DNA from: Ktedonobacterales bacterium
GTDB lineage: Bacteria; Chloroflexota; Ktedonobacteria; Ktedonobacterales; DATBGS01
Direction: 5' to 3'
Length of the DNA: 64,000 bases
NCBI GenBank assembly: GCA_035307385.1
Contig: DATGID010000062.1
Span: forward strand, 178,406-242,405
Positions 28,080-37,937 of the stretch are shown piece by piece (the first letter of the stretch is position 1; each line of letters starts with the position of its first letter). The position numbers and the translations under genes are program-made. The notes under the pieces were generated by a model. That model was not told where the DNA came from and made no database searches. It saw only the letters and a list, made by a program, of their open reading frames with translations.

Positions 28080-29660
28080 ATGGCAACACACCTGCTCGTC
28101 CGCCGAAACTTCTATTGTGATTCCGTCGCGCTGATGACTCTCTCACGCTCGCTGACCGCGCTGCCAGGCGTAGAAGATGCAGCGGCAGTCATGTCCACCG
28201 AGATGAATCAGACCTTGCTGCGCCAGGCTGGCTTGCTCCCTGAGGACACAGCGGGCGCGGAGATTGGCGGGCCAAACGATCTGCTGATCATCGTGCGCGC
28301 CTCCTCGGAGGAAGCCGCAGACGCCGCTCTGCAAGCCGCCGAGAGCGGGCTGCAAGCCCGGCGCAGCAGCGAAACGGGAACGCAGGCACAGCAGCGGCCC
28401 ATCTCGCTGGAGCAGGCCATTCGTCGCCAGCCAGCGCTCAATCTGGCGTTTATCTCCGTGCCGGGGGCCTATGCCGCCATCGAAGCGCGCCAGGCGCTGC
28501 TGGACGGCTTGCATGTCTTGCTCTTCAGCGATAACGTCAGCCTGGAGCAAGAAATCGCGTTGAAAACGCTGGCGAACGAGCGCGGGCTGCTGCTGATGGG
28601 GCCAGACTGCGGAACCGCCATCATCAACGGGGTCGGGCTGGGCTTTGCCAATGTCGTGCCGCGTGGCTCCATCGGCCTCGTCAGCGCCTCCGGCACTGGC
28701 CTTCAGCAGGTGACGTGCCTGATCGCCGAATATGGGTCGGGTGTCTCCCAGGCGCTCGGCACAGGCGGGCGCGACCTCACGCAAGCCGTCGGCGGGCGCA
28801 CGATGCTGGCGGGGCTGGAACTGCTGCAACAAGACCCCGCCACGCAGGTGATCGTCTTGCTCTCCAAGCCGCCCGCGCCGGAAGTCGCGCGGCGTGTCAT
28901 CGAGCGCGCCGCGCAGGGCGCAAAACCCACCGTGATTGCCTTCCTCGGCGCGGAGCCAGGCGCTGCCGACACGCGGGGCGCAGCCCAGCTTCACTTTGCT
29001 GGCACACTCAGCGAGGCCGCGCGGCTGGCCGTGCAGTTGGCTGGCGGACAAGCGCCCCAGCCAGGCGAAGCTATGCCCGATGGTGTGCGCCGCGCCATTC
29101 AGCAGGCCAGGACAGCCCTCAAGCCGGGGCAGCGCTTTGTGCGCGGCATTTTTTCGGGGGGCACGCTCTGCGATGAGGCCATGGCCGAGCTTTGCGCCAG
29201 CCTTGGCCCTATCTACTCGAATATTCCGCTGCGCCCCGACTGGCGTCTGCCCGATGCGAAGGTGAGCCAGCAGCATACTGCCATTGACTTTGGCAGCGAC
29301 GAGTTCACCGTCGGACGCCCACACCCCATGATCGACGCTGGCCTGCGTCTGCGGCGTCTCGCCCAGGAGGCCGCCGACCCGGCAACGGCAGTCATCTTGC
29401 TCGATATCGTGCTGGGCTTTGGCGCGCATGCCGATCCCGCCAGCGAGTTTGCCCCCGCCATCGAGCGCGCCAAAGCCGCCGCCGCTGAAGATGGCCGCTC
29501 GCTCGTCTGCATCGTCTCACTCTGCGGGACCGCGCAAGACCCGCAGGGGTTGGCGGAGCAACGCGCCGCGCTCGCCAGAGCAGGCGCGCTCGTCTTCGCC
29601 GAAAATGCCCAGGCCGCGCGGGTCGCCGCCGCCATCGTCAGCGAGCAGCAGGGCGCATAG
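28080..29660 (+). CDS. fdrA: FdrA-family protein (acyl-CoA synthetase (NDP-forming)/succinyl-CoA synthetase alpha-like; AllF-like)
   Basis: The CoA-binding/ligase-CoA domains carry FISVPGAYAA and SASGTGLQQV. Start at the ATG at 28080 (MATHLLVRR) preceded by GAGGA. Confidence 0.8.
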   Translation: MATHLLVRRNFYCDSVALMTLSRSLTALPGVEDAAAVMSTEMNQTLLRQAGLLPEDTAGAEIGGPNDLLIIVRASSEEAADAALQAAESGLQARRSSETGTQAQQRPISLEQAIRRQPALNLAFISVPGAYAAIEARQALLDGLHVLLFSDNVSLEQEIALKTLANERGLLLMGPDCGTAIINGVGLGFANVVPRGSIGLVSASGTGLQQVTCLIAEYGSGVSQALGTGGRDLTQAVGGRTMLAGLELLQQDPATQVIVLLSKPPAPEVARRVIERAAQGAKPTVIAFLGAEPGAADTRGAAQLHFAGTLSEAARLAVQLAGGQAPQPGEAMPDGVRRAIQQARTALKPGQRFVRGIFSGGTLCDEAMAELCASLGPIYSNIPLRPDWRLPDAKVSQQHTAIDFGSDEFTVGRPHPMIDAGLRLRRLAQEAADPATAVILLDIVLGFGAHADPASEFAPAIERAKAAAAEDGRSLVCIVSLCGTAQDPQGLAEQRAALARAGALVFAENAQAARVAAAIVSEQQGA

Positions 29661-29713
29661 GGCCGAACGTGCCCACCAGAGCGCTAGCCAGGAAAGTTTC
29701 AGAGGAGCACCTT

Positions 29714-31123
29714 ATGGCCGAAGAGAGCCTTTTTAGCAGCGAGCTACAGGTCGCCAACGTTGGCCTGGATTTATTTGCCGAAACCCTGGTCGCTCAGGGC
29801 ATCGAGCCAGTGCGCGTGGAGTGGCGACCGCCCGCCGATGGCATGGGCGGCGAACTCTGGCAAACCCTCGCCGCAGCCCGCATTGCCGCCGCCAACGAGC
29901 GCGCCGTGCGCCGCATGCTGGAGGCGCGTCCGGTCCTGGTGGATGTGCGTCAGGCCAGCGAGGTCTTGCCCGGCATGAGCAAGCATACACTCTTTCACGC
30001 TGGCCCACCGGTCACCTGGGAGCGCATGTGTGGCCCGCTGCGCGGCGCGGTGATCGGCGCGCTGCTCTATGAAGAACTGGCCCACACCGAGCAGGAAGCG
30101 CTCGCGCTCGTCGAACGCGGCGAAATCGAGTTTTCGCCCTGCCATCATCATCAGGCCGTCGGGCCGATGGCAGGCGTCATCTCCGCCTCTATGCCGGTCT
30201 ATGTGCTGGAAAATCAAACGCACGGCAACCGCGCTTTCTCTAATCTCAATGAGGGACTGGGCAAGGTGCTGCGCTATGGAGCCAATGACCAGGAAGTGCT
30301 TGATCGGCTGCGCTGGATGCGCGACGTGCTGGGGCCAGCGCTGAGCCAGGCCATTCGCGCCTCTGGCGGCGTGGACGTGAAGCAGCATACCGCGCAGGCG
30401 CTTCAGATGGGCGACGAGTGCCATAATCGCAACCGCGCCGCCAGTTCCATCCTCATCCGCACGCTGGCTCCGTTCCTGGTGGAAACCAGCCAATCCCCTC
30501 AGGAAACCGCGAGCATCCTGCGCTTCATGGGCGGCAATCAGCACTTCTATCTCAACATCTCGATGGCTGCTTGTAAAGCCTCCGCAGATGCCGCCAGCGG
30601 CGAACCGTTCAGCAGCCTGGTCACGACGATGGCCCGCAACGGCACCGACTTTGGCATCAGGGTCAGCGGGCTGGGCGACCGCTGGTACACCGGCCAGGCG
30701 CAGCAGGTACGCGGCCTCTATTTTACCGGCTTCAGCGAGGCAGACGCCAACCCCGACATCGGCGACAGCACCATCTCGGAGACCGTCGGCATCGGCGCGT
30801 TTGCCATGGCCGCCGCGCCCGCCATCGCGCAGTTTGTTGGCGGCACGCCCGCCGATGCTCTGCGCTACACGCTGGACATGTATGACATCACCCTGGCCGA
30901 AGATGGCAATATGGCGATTCCGTCGCTCGACTTTCGCGGCGCGCCCGCTGGCATCGATGTGCGCAAGGTGGTGCATCTGAACCGCCCACCCATCATCAAC
31001 ACCGGCATCGCGCATCGTTTGCCAGGCATCGGCCAGATCGGCGCGGGCATCGTCGAGCCGCCCATGACCTGCTTCACCCAGGCATTGGCCGACCTGGCAA
31101 AAGCGGTACAGCCAGCGCCGTGA
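29714..31123 (+). CDS. DUF1116-family protein (YlbE/AllG-like)
   Basis: Conserved block FSPCHHHQAVGPMAGVISASMPVYVLENQTHGNRAF. Start at the ATG at 29714 preceded by AGGAG. Confidence 0.75.
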   Translation: MAEESLFSSELQVANVGLDLFAETLVAQGIEPVRVEWRPPADGMGGELWQTLAAARIAAANERAVRRMLEARPVLVDVRQASEVLPGMSKHTLFHAGPPVTWERMCGPLRGAVIGALLYEELAHTEQEALALVERGEIEFSPCHHHQAVGPMAGVISASMPVYVLENQTHGNRAFSNLNEGLGKVLRYGANDQEVLDRLRWMRDVLGPALSQAIRASGGVDVKQHTAQALQMGDECHNRNRAASSILIRTLAPFLVETSQSPQETASILRFMGGNQHFYLNISMAACKASADAASGEPFSSLVTTMARNGTDFGIRVSGLGDRWYTGQAQQVRGLYFTGFSEADANPDIGDSTISETVGIGAFAMAAAPAIAQFVGGTPADALRYTLDMYDITLAEDGNMAIPSLDFRGAPAGIDVRKVVHLNRPPIINTGIAHRLPGIGQIGAGIVEPPMTCFTQALADLAKAVQPAP

Positions 31124-31138
31124 ACGTCAGCAGCCGCG

Positions 31139-32863
31139 CTAGTGCTGCTCATCCTGCCCGGCAGGCGCGTTGGGAGGGCTGGATGTATCGTTGTTCTGCT
31201 GCTGCCCAAGCTGCGCCAGGCTGCGCATTTGCAGATGGTGAAGGTGGTTGATCAGATTGAGCGCGCCCGCCGCAGCGTCAAAGGGCACCTGCTGGCTCAG
31301 TTCAGGGTCAGCCGCCACCGCCTCAAACTGGCTGATGATCCGCTGGATGGTCGCCATATCACTGATGCGATGGCGCACCACGGCATCATAGGTTTCGGCC
31401 AGCGCCTGGGCCGAAAGCAAGGTCATGGGCGGCTGCGGCGCGCCTGCGGGGGGAGTGCCCAACTCCGCCGGGGGAGGAGCGGCGGGCGGGCCTGCCGGAT
31501 GAATCGGCGGCAGCGGCTGACCGGCCATCCCAAAGGGATCACCAGGATACAAAGCAGGGCTATCCATAGCGGCATTCTGCACCGTGCCCTCGACCACCTG
31601 GCCCTCATTCTGAGGCATCGGCAGCGCAATCGTCGAATGAGGCATCGGCGCCGGATGCACCGGCGGGGCCTGGTGCACCGGAGCAGGCGCGCTCCCCAAC
31701 AGATGGGGACTGTCCAGCAGATGGACCTTGACTTCATGCACAGCCACGCCGCGATCAGCAACCTTCATGCGCATGGCATTGGTCAGCCGCTCGTTGATGC
31801 GCTCCAGCGGTGAGCCAGCCTGCTCATTGTCGCGCTCATCAGCGTTGTAACCGCCAGAGGTTCCACGTGGCGCAGCAACGCCGCCAGGAACCTGAAAATC
31901 TTGAATGGAGAGCAGGCTGATCTCATCCTGGACCACCGCCCGCAGATGCTGTTGTATCGGCCTCTGCCAATCTTTGGTGAGGCGAATCGCCAGGTGTTCT
32001 TCCCCAGGAACCACCTGATAGGTGATTGCCACGCTGAGGGTCACCTGTTCACCGGACACCAGCATAATCGGCGGCATGCGCGCCTCATACCTGATGTTCT
32101 GCGTCTCGACCACGCCCAGCACCTTTTCGCCAGGGACACGCAGGTTGAAGCCTGGCTGCAACGTGCGATTATATCTGCCGAACAGCCCCATCACCACCAC
32201 CGTGCCCTCTTTCACGGGATAGTACCGCTCGCGCAGCGCCACCCCTCCCAACGAGAGCAGCAGAATGCTCAAAATCACCGCGAAAATGGGGAGAAAGAGC
32301 ACGAAAAAAACGGCTGAAACCATAACCACAAAGCCACCCACCACCGCAACAGCCCAGAAGGCATCATTCGGCGCGTAGAGCAAGAGTGCCGCTTGAATCA
32401 GCCCAATGGCCGCGAAAATGAAGAGCATCGCCACCGCTTGCTGGGGATGGGTGAAAAGCATAAGGAAGAAAAAAACCACCACCAGCGCCACCGGAATCAG
32501 CCAGTGGGAATGCATGCGCACACTGCGCCAGCCAGTCATGGGGACATCGCTGAGGGCAGGCGAACGCGCTGCACCTGGGGCAAAGTGCTGAGGCGGAGGC
32601 GGGGGAAAAGCGGCTGGCCGCCTGAGCGTCGGGGCAGGGGCGAAGCGCGGAGGCGAGGGCGGCGCAGCCGACGGAGGGAGCGGATAGAACTCCTCCGTCG
32701 GCTGGTCCTCTTCTGGAAGCGCATCCTGCTCAACCTGTGGCGCGTGCTGCCGCTGGCGCTCTAGCCTGCGCAAACGAAGCAGGTCCTGGGAAGTGACCGG
32801 CGAAGCATCATCTCCCCGGTCTTCACCCTCAAAGGCGAGAAGGTTATCATTGGAATCGCCCAC
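31139..32863 (-). CDS. SPFH/band-7 domain membrane protein with Pro-rich N- and C-terminal extensions
   Basis: Multiple TM helices, then the band-7 core ETQNIRYEARMPPIMLVSGEQVTLSVAITYQVVPGEE (stomatin/prohibitin-like), then a Pro-rich tail. Confidence 0.6.
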   Translation of the reverse strand: MGDSNDNLLAFEGEDRGDDASPVTSQDLLRLRRLERQRQHAPQVEQDALPEEDQPTEEFYPLPPSAAPPSPPRFAPAPTLRRPAAFPPPPPQHFAPGAARSPALSDVPMTGWRSVRMHSHWLIPVALVVVFFFLMLFTHPQQAVAMLFIFAAIGLIQAALLLYAPNDAFWAVAVVGGFVVMVSAVFFVLFLPIFAVILSILLLSLGGVALRERYYPVKEGTVVVMGLFGRYNRTLQPGFNLRVPGEKVLGVVETQNIRYEARMPPIMLVSGEQVTLSVAITYQVVPGEEHLAIRLTKDWQRPIQQHLRAVVQDEISLLSIQDFQVPGGVAAPRGTSGGYNADERDNEQAGSPLERINERLTNAMRMKVADRGVAVHEVKVHLLDSPHLLGSAPAPVHQAPPVHPAPMPHSTIALPMPQNEGQVVEGTVQNAAMDSPALYPGDPFGMAGQPLPPIHPAGPPAAPPPAELGTPPAGAPQPPMTLLSAQALAETYDAVVRHRISDMATIQRIISQFEAVAADPELSQQVPFDAAAGALNLINHLHHLQMRSLAQLGQQQNNDTSSPPNAPAGQDEQH

Positions 32864-32887
32864 CAGAAATACTCCTGGCTTCAGAAC

Positions 32888-33805
32888 TCAATTCAGCCTA
32901 TCATCTCCTCTAGCAGAAGCTGGACCACTGCTTTCGCCCGCGCCATTGGGGCGTTTTGTTTTGCAACAATTGCCTCCGCCAACATCACAACTCACCCCAC
33001 CGGAGCGCTTCGGCGCAGCAAGCTCATTCACCGGAACCTGCACCGTCGCGCCGCTCTCCAGCATCACTTCTGCTGACTGTTTGATCACATTGATGCCAAT
33101 CACCTTGCCCAGGCCACTAGGCGTATCGATAAACGCCCCCACCGCTGGCATCCCCTTCTTGGCTTCGATATAGAGGTCATTTTCATACGCCAGGCAGCAC
33201 ATCAGCCGCCCGCACACCCCCGAGATTTTGGCAGGATTGAGCGGCAAGCCTTGCTCTTTTGCCATCTTGATGGAAACGACCCCAAACTCGGTCAGCCAGG
33301 AACTACAACACAGCGTTTTGCCACAGGGGCCAACGCCGCCCAACAATTTTGCCTGATCGCGCGCGCCAATCTGGCGCAGTTCAATGCGCGTCCGAAACTG
33401 CGCGGCCAGGTCACGCACTAACGCCCGGAAGTCCACGCGCTCTTCAGCCGTGAAATAGAAGGTGAGGCGGCTGCCATCATAGGTATATTCAGCCTCCACC
33501 AGTTTCATCGGCAGCTTGTGGAAATCGACGCGCTGGGCGCAGCGCACTAAGGCGTTTTTTTCTTTACTTTTAAAGGCCAGCAACTGCCGCAGGTCATCTT
33601 CCGTGGCCTGCCGCAGAATCGGCTTAAGGGGATCGGTGAGTTCGGATTCCGCCACCTGCTTGGGGGCAATCACCACGCGCCCGGCTTCAATGCCGCGCGT
33701 GGTTTCGACGATCACAAAAGTGCCTTTGGCTAGCTCTTTCCCGGCAGGGTCAAAGTAGTAGATGCGGCCAGCAGGGCGGAAGCGGACTCCAACAACGTTC
33801 GCCAT
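32888..33805 (-). CDS. ricT: PSP1 C-terminal domain protein (RicT/YaaT family)
   Basis: The N-terminal VVGVRFRPAGRIYYFDPAGKELAKGTFVIVETTRGIEAGRVV closely matches B. subtilis YaaT. Confidence 0.8.
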   Translation of the reverse strand: MANVVGVRFRPAGRIYYFDPAGKELAKGTFVIVETTRGIEAGRVVIAPKQVAESELTDPLKPILRQATEDDLRQLLAFKSKEKNALVRCAQRVDFHKLPMKLVEAEYTYDGSRLTFYFTAEERVDFRALVRDLAAQFRTRIELRQIGARDQAKLLGGVGPCGKTLCCSSWLTEFGVVSIKMAKEQGLPLNPAKISGVCGRLMCCLAYENDLYIEAKKGMPAVGAFIDTPSGLGKVIGINVIKQSAEVMLESGATVQVPVNELAAPKRSGGVSCDVGGGNCCKTKRPNGAGESSGPASARGDDRLN

Positions 33806-33818
33806 AGCTGCCGCTCCT

Positions 33819-34400
33819 CTAGGAGTCAGAAATCTCGCTGGTCAGCAAGATCGCCTCGGCCACTTCCCGCATCGACTTGCGGTTATTCATGCTCAACTTC
33901 TGAATACGGCGGAAAGCATCCTGCTCGCTCAGTCCATATTTTTGCATCAACAGCCCCTTGGCCCGCTCAACCACCTTGCGCGTGGCAAGCTGATCTTGCA
34001 GGTCTTTGGCCTGCTTCTCTATCGTGCGAAACTCCGCAAACCGCGCCAGGGCAATTTCGATGGCCGGGCGAATGTCGCTTTGCCGCCAGGGCTTGACGAT
34101 ATAATTGACCACCCCGGCGCTCTTGGCGCGCTCGATCAAATCCTCATCGTTATAAGCCGTCACCAGCACCACGGGCGCGATCTTCTCGCGCGTCAGCGTT
34201 TCGGCAGCCGTAATGCCATCGAGTTCCGGCATGCGAATATCCATCACCACCAGATCGGGACGCAGTTCGCGCGCCTGATTCACGGCGCTGACGCCATCCA
34301 CCGCCTCGCCCACCACCAGATAGCCCTGACGGGTCAACTCTTCCTTTAGATCAATGCGAATGATTGGCTCGTCATCCGCAATAATAATGCGTATCGGCAT
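33819..34400 (-). CDS. ANTAR-domain response regulator (REC + ANTAR RNA-binding antiterminator, AmiR/NasT-like)
   Basis: REC domain with ADDEPIIR and the phospho-Asp in VVMDIRMPELDG. The C-terminal ANTAR carries LATRKVVERAKGLLMQKYGLSEQDAFRRIQKLSMNNRKSMREVAEAIL. Confidence 0.85.
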   Translation of the reverse strand: MPIRIIIADDEPIIRIDLKEELTRQGYLVVGEAVDGVSAVNQARELRPDLVVMDIRMPELDGITAAETLTREKIAPVVLVTAYNDEDLIERAKSAGVVNYIVKPWRQSDIRPAIEIALARFAEFRTIEKQAKDLQDQLATRKVVERAKGLLMQKYGLSEQDAFRRIQKLSMNNRKSMREVAEAILLTSEISDS

Positions 34401-34551
34401 CGTAGTAACCTCACCCTTCCATCAAGAAGCACGCCTGGCGTCTCAGCGCGCCAGCACTTCCTGAACACTTGATAAGACGATGAAGAGTCCACTTAAAAGG
34501 GAGTATAACATACCAGCCGCAGGCAAGCAATAAGTATGCGCAGAAGTATCC

Positions 34552-35523
34552 TCACATCCACCCTTTCCAGCGGAAATACGCCAGTTGGGCCAGCGTAACA
34601 AGCGCCATAAACACCAGCACATACCAGAAGAAATAGCCGTTATCAAACTCCACCTGGGGCGAGTGAGCAAAGTTTTGTCCAAAGAAGCCGGTAATAAAGG
34701 TCATGGGCAGGAAAATGGTAGCAATGATGGCGAGCCGCTTCATGACCTCATTCATGCGGTTGGAAATGGTCGAGAGGTAGGCATCCAGCATGCCGCTCAT
34801 CAGATCGCGGTACGAGTCGATCACTTCAAAGACGCGCATCAGATGATCGTGCACATCGCGGAAATACTCTGCCGCTTCATCGGAGACGAGATGAAAGGCG
34901 CGCCCGCCCAGGCGGCTGAACTGCTCGATCTGCGGGCTGACGACCCGGCGAAGCTGCGCTAACCCACGCTTGAGCTTGAAGATGCGCGTTTGCACCCTTT
35001 GCGTTGGCTGCGAGATCACGCTGTCCTCCAACTCATCAAGCACTTCATCGAGGTCATCCAGCACCGGAAAATAGCTGTCGACCAGCGCGTCAGTAACCGC
35101 GTGCAGCATAAAATCAATGCCGCGTTTCAGCGGGCGCAGCTCGTTGGGTTCGTGCGTCGTCAAGTGGCTGATGCAAGGCATCGGCGCGTCGTGGATGGTC
35201 AGCAGAAAGCGCTCGCCAAACACAATATCCAGTTCGGGCGTGGCAATGCTATCCGTCTCCTTATCGAACTCGATGCTGTGCATCACTAGATAATAATAGC
35301 CCTCGCCCTCTTCCAGCTTGGCACGCTGGTTCTGCTCAATCAAGTCTTCCAGGGTCAAATAGCCGATGCCAAACCAGCCGGTGATTTCCGCCAGCCGCTT
35401 ATCATCCTCCTGCTCCAGATCAAGCCAGATGCGCGCCTCAGGGTCCGCAGCCAGTTCGGCAACCTGCTCCAGCGGCAAATTGCAATGCAGATGGTCGTTG
35501 TGGTAGATGCGCGAATGAATCAC
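34552..35523 (-). CDS. corA: CorA-family divalent cation transporter
   Basis: Two C-terminal TM helices with FITGFFGQNF (GMN-like motif). A GTG start at 35523 is preceded by GAGGAGGG. The longer ATG-initiated ORF would overlap the upstream gene. Confidence 0.75.
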   Translation of the reverse strand: MIHSRIYHNDHLHCNLPLEQVAELAADPEARIWLDLEQEDDKRLAEITGWFGIGYLTLEDLIEQNQRAKLEEGEGYYYLVMHSIEFDKETDSIATPELDIVFGERFLLTIHDAPMPCISHLTTHEPNELRPLKRGIDFMLHAVTDALVDSYFPVLDDLDEVLDELEDSVISQPTQRVQTRIFKLKRGLAQLRRVVSPQIEQFSRLGGRAFHLVSDEAAEYFRDVHDHLMRVFEVIDSYRDLMSGMLDAYLSTISNRMNEVMKRLAIIATIFLPMTFITGFFGQNFAHSPQVEFDNGYFFWYVLVFMALVTLAQLAYFRWKGWM

Positions 35524-35558
35524 TGGAACCCTCCTCAACGAACACGCACGCGCCCCGC

Positions 35559-36389
35559 CTACACCCCAACCGCAGACTGCGGCAACTGCCGCCAATCCAG
35601 CATGGCATATTTCGTGGCCGCCAACTCCTCGGCCAGTTCCCGTTCGCCCTCCGTCAGAGGCATCGGCTCGAAGGGCACACCCAGCGCCGCGCTGAAGCCG
35701 CGCGCAAAGGCATCGCGCACCGCTTCTCTGGTGGCCTGCGGAGCAAACGCATGCACGCTTGCCGTCGCCTCCTGATAAGAGGCCAGCGCCGCCTGCCGCG
35801 CCGCTTCCGTGGGATAGCGCAGCAGCGAAAAGAGCAGCGGGCCGCGCTCCTCCAGCGGGATGGTGCCCTGCTGCAAGACGGTGTCTTCCTTCCAGACCTG
35901 CGCGCTGCCCACCAGTTTACGCCCATTGCTAGTCAAATCAGCCTGCGTCGAGAACGCGAAACACGCGGCGGTCTGCTCTTTGCTGACCCGATTGGTGCTC
36001 ACCTCGGAGTGAATACCGAACTCCTCCAGCGCCGCCATAATCCCTTTTGCCAGCCAGATGTAGGCCGCAACCACGCCGCTGGGCACGTCATACGCTGTCG
36101 AGACCGTCATGCTGTAGGTAAACTCATCGACATGCAAGACCGCCCGCCCGCCAGTTGGGCGGCGCACCAGATCGATGCCACGCGCCGCGCACTCCTCCAC
36201 CAGAATCTCGCGCTCGACATCCTGAAAACGCCCCAGCGAAATGGCCGGGCGCTTCCAGGTAAAGGCGCGCAAGGTGGGTGGGGTTTCGCCGCGCAGATGA
36301 AACGTCAGAATCGCCTCATCGATTGCCATATTCAACGCCGCGCTGCTCGCGCCGCTGTCCAGGAAACGATAGGCAGAAAACTTCGGCAT
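35559..36389 (-). CDS. lipoate-protein ligase / octanoyltransferase family protein (BPL/LPL catalytic domain)
   Basis: The N-terminal region MAIDEAIL....TLRAFTWKRPAISLGRFQ......RRPTGGRAVLH is typical of LplA/LipB-type catalytic domains. Confidence 0.7.
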   Translation of the reverse strand: MPKFSAYRFLDSGASSAALNMAIDEAILTFHLRGETPPTLRAFTWKRPAISLGRFQDVEREILVEECAARGIDLVRRPTGGRAVLHVDEFTYSMTVSTAYDVPSGVVAAYIWLAKGIMAALEEFGIHSEVSTNRVSKEQTAACFAFSTQADLTSNGRKLVGSAQVWKEDTVLQQGTIPLEERGPLLFSLLRYPTEAARQAALASYQEATASVHAFAPQATREAVRDAFARGFSAALGVPFEPMPLTEGERELAEELAATKYAMLDWRQLPQSAVGV

Positions 36390-36556
36390 ATGCGTCTTCT
36401 TTCAAGAACCAGAAAGAGCCAGAGGTGGAGCAAATGCCACCTGTACGTTTTCCCCTTCAACATAAACGGCGCGCTCTTCTTTGTCAAGAAACAGCGGCTT
36501 GCCATGCCGCGCCGACGCCTATAAAGCGCGCAGGCGACCCGCCACTCTGGATGATC

Positions 36557-36567
36557 TGTGCTACAAT
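36557..36567 (+). promoter_or_regulatory. extended -10 element TGcTACAAT upstream of the ferredoxin/dppA genes
   Basis: TG at 36559-36560 and TACAAT at 36562-36567, about 90 nt upstream of the fdx start codon. Confidence 0.3.
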
Positions 36568-36657
36568 GAGGGTGCGCGGCGGCGCGCATCTCTCAACCAA
36601 CCGACTATCAGAAACATCTCCCTTTTATATATCGAGCGGGCAAAGGCAAATCATCAC

Positions 36658-37032
36658 ATGGGCCAATTTGAAAAACATGTCTTTATCTGCACCTCCGGTA
36701 AGTGGTGTCCCGCCAAAGATGGCGACTCGCTGGCAGTGCATGCATACCTCAAAAAGCGCGTCGCCGAGGCCAACCTTGGCGAGCGCGTGCGCATCAATCA
36801 TTCCGGCTGCCTGGATCAATGCGGCAATGGGCCAATGATGGTCATCTATCCCGAAAACGTCTGGTACTGCGGCCTCACCGTTGACGATGCTCAGGAGATT
36901 TTCGAGGAACATCTGCTGGGCGGCAAACCGGTCGAGCGCCTGCTCTATCGCCCGGCAAAGCCAGGCAAAAACAAGCTTCCCCGCGACGAACACGAGCGAC
37001 CCATCGGGCGGCAAGCGCGCCAGCCCGTTTGA
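36658..37032 (+). CDS. thioredoxin-like [2Fe-2S] ferredoxin
   Basis: The four-Cys pattern C-x4-C ... C-x3-C (CTSGKWC ... CLDQC) is typical of thioredoxin-fold 2Fe-2S ferredoxins. Start at the internal ATG at 36658. Confidence 0.7.
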   Translation: MGQFEKHVFICTSGKWCPAKDGDSLAVHAYLKKRVAEANLGERVRINHSGCLDQCGNGPMMVIYPENVWYCGLTVDDAQEIFEEHLLGGKPVERLLYRPAKPGKNKLPRDEHERPIGRQARQPV

Positions 37033-37067
37033 AGCATATCCAGTGAATAACATGTTGAGGTGATCGC

Positions 37068-37898
37068 ATGAAGGTGTTCATCTCCACCGATTTTGAGGGC
37101 GTGGCGGGCATCGTGGACTGGGACCAGATTCTGGCAAACGGACGCGACTATGAGATGGGGCGACGCCTGCTCATCAACGAAACCAACGCCGTGATCGATG
37201 GAGCCGCCGAAGCCGGGGCCAGCGAGTTTGTCGTCAACGACTCGCATTCGTTCATGCGCAACATCCCCCCGGCTGAACTACATGGCCGCGCCAGCTATAT
37301 AGCTGGCAAGCACAAGCCGCTCTACATGATGGAGGGGTTAGATCGCTCCTTCGATGCCATTTTCTTTATCGGCTATCACGGCTCCATCGGAGCCAGCCAG
37401 GCCATCTTGAGCCACAGCTATAACCCGCGCGCCGTCTGGGAGGTCAAAATCAACGGGCGCGTCGTGGGCGAAACCGCGCTCAATGCCCTGGTGGCGGCCC
37501 ATTTTGGCGTGCCCATCGTCCTGGTGACCGGCGATCAGGTCACCGCCAGAGAGGCCCGCGAAGCACTGCCCACCGTGGAATGTGTGGTCGTCAAAGAATC
37601 CATCACGCGCTACGCCGCCAACAATCTGCATCCAGAGGTCGCCTGCGAGCGGCTGCGCGCAGGGGCCATACATGCTATCCAAAATCTGGCAAGCCACAAG
37701 CCGCCCGCCTTCGATCAGCCGGTGCGCGTCGAAGTCACCTTCCTGACCGCCGATATGGCCGAATCGGCCACGTGGCTGCGCGGCGTCGAGTTGGTGGCCG
37801 GGCAGACGCGCACCGTCAGCTTCGAAGGCAGCGATATGCTGGCGCTCTTTCGCACCTTCGTTACCATGATACAGTTGACGCGAGCGTTAGTCGAATAA
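37068..37898 (+). CDS. dppA: D-aminopeptidase DppA (peptidase family M55)
   Basis: The N-terminus MKVFISTDFEGVAGIVDW....NDSHS closely matches B. subtilis DppA. Confidence 0.8.
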   Translation: MKVFISTDFEGVAGIVDWDQILANGRDYEMGRRLLINETNAVIDGAAEAGASEFVVNDSHSFMRNIPPAELHGRASYIAGKHKPLYMMEGLDRSFDAIFFIGYHGSIGASQAILSHSYNPRAVWEVKINGRVVGETALNALVAAHFGVPIVLVTGDQVTAREAREALPTVECVVVKESITRYAANNLHPEVACERLRAGAIHAIQNLASHKPPAFDQPVRVEVTFLTADMAESATWLRGVELVAGQTRTVSFEGSDMLALFRTFVTMIQLTRALVE

Positions 37899-37937
37899 TG
37901 TTGTCAGGTTTCACCAGAAAACCCCTGGTCAGAAGAC

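Noticed and set aside
28143-31015. Long minus-strand ORFs (428 aa and 414 aa) antisense to fdrA and the DUF1116 gene
   Set aside because: They are antisense to genes with clear family signatures. No domains are present, and stop-codon scarcity in GC-rich sequence explains them.
35524-35595. Longer ATG-initiated CorA N-terminus (MAAVAAVCGWGVGG...)
   Set aside because: It would overlap the upstream lipoate-ligase gene by 37 nt. A GTG at 35523 with a strong GAGGAGGG RBS gives a conventional CorA start.
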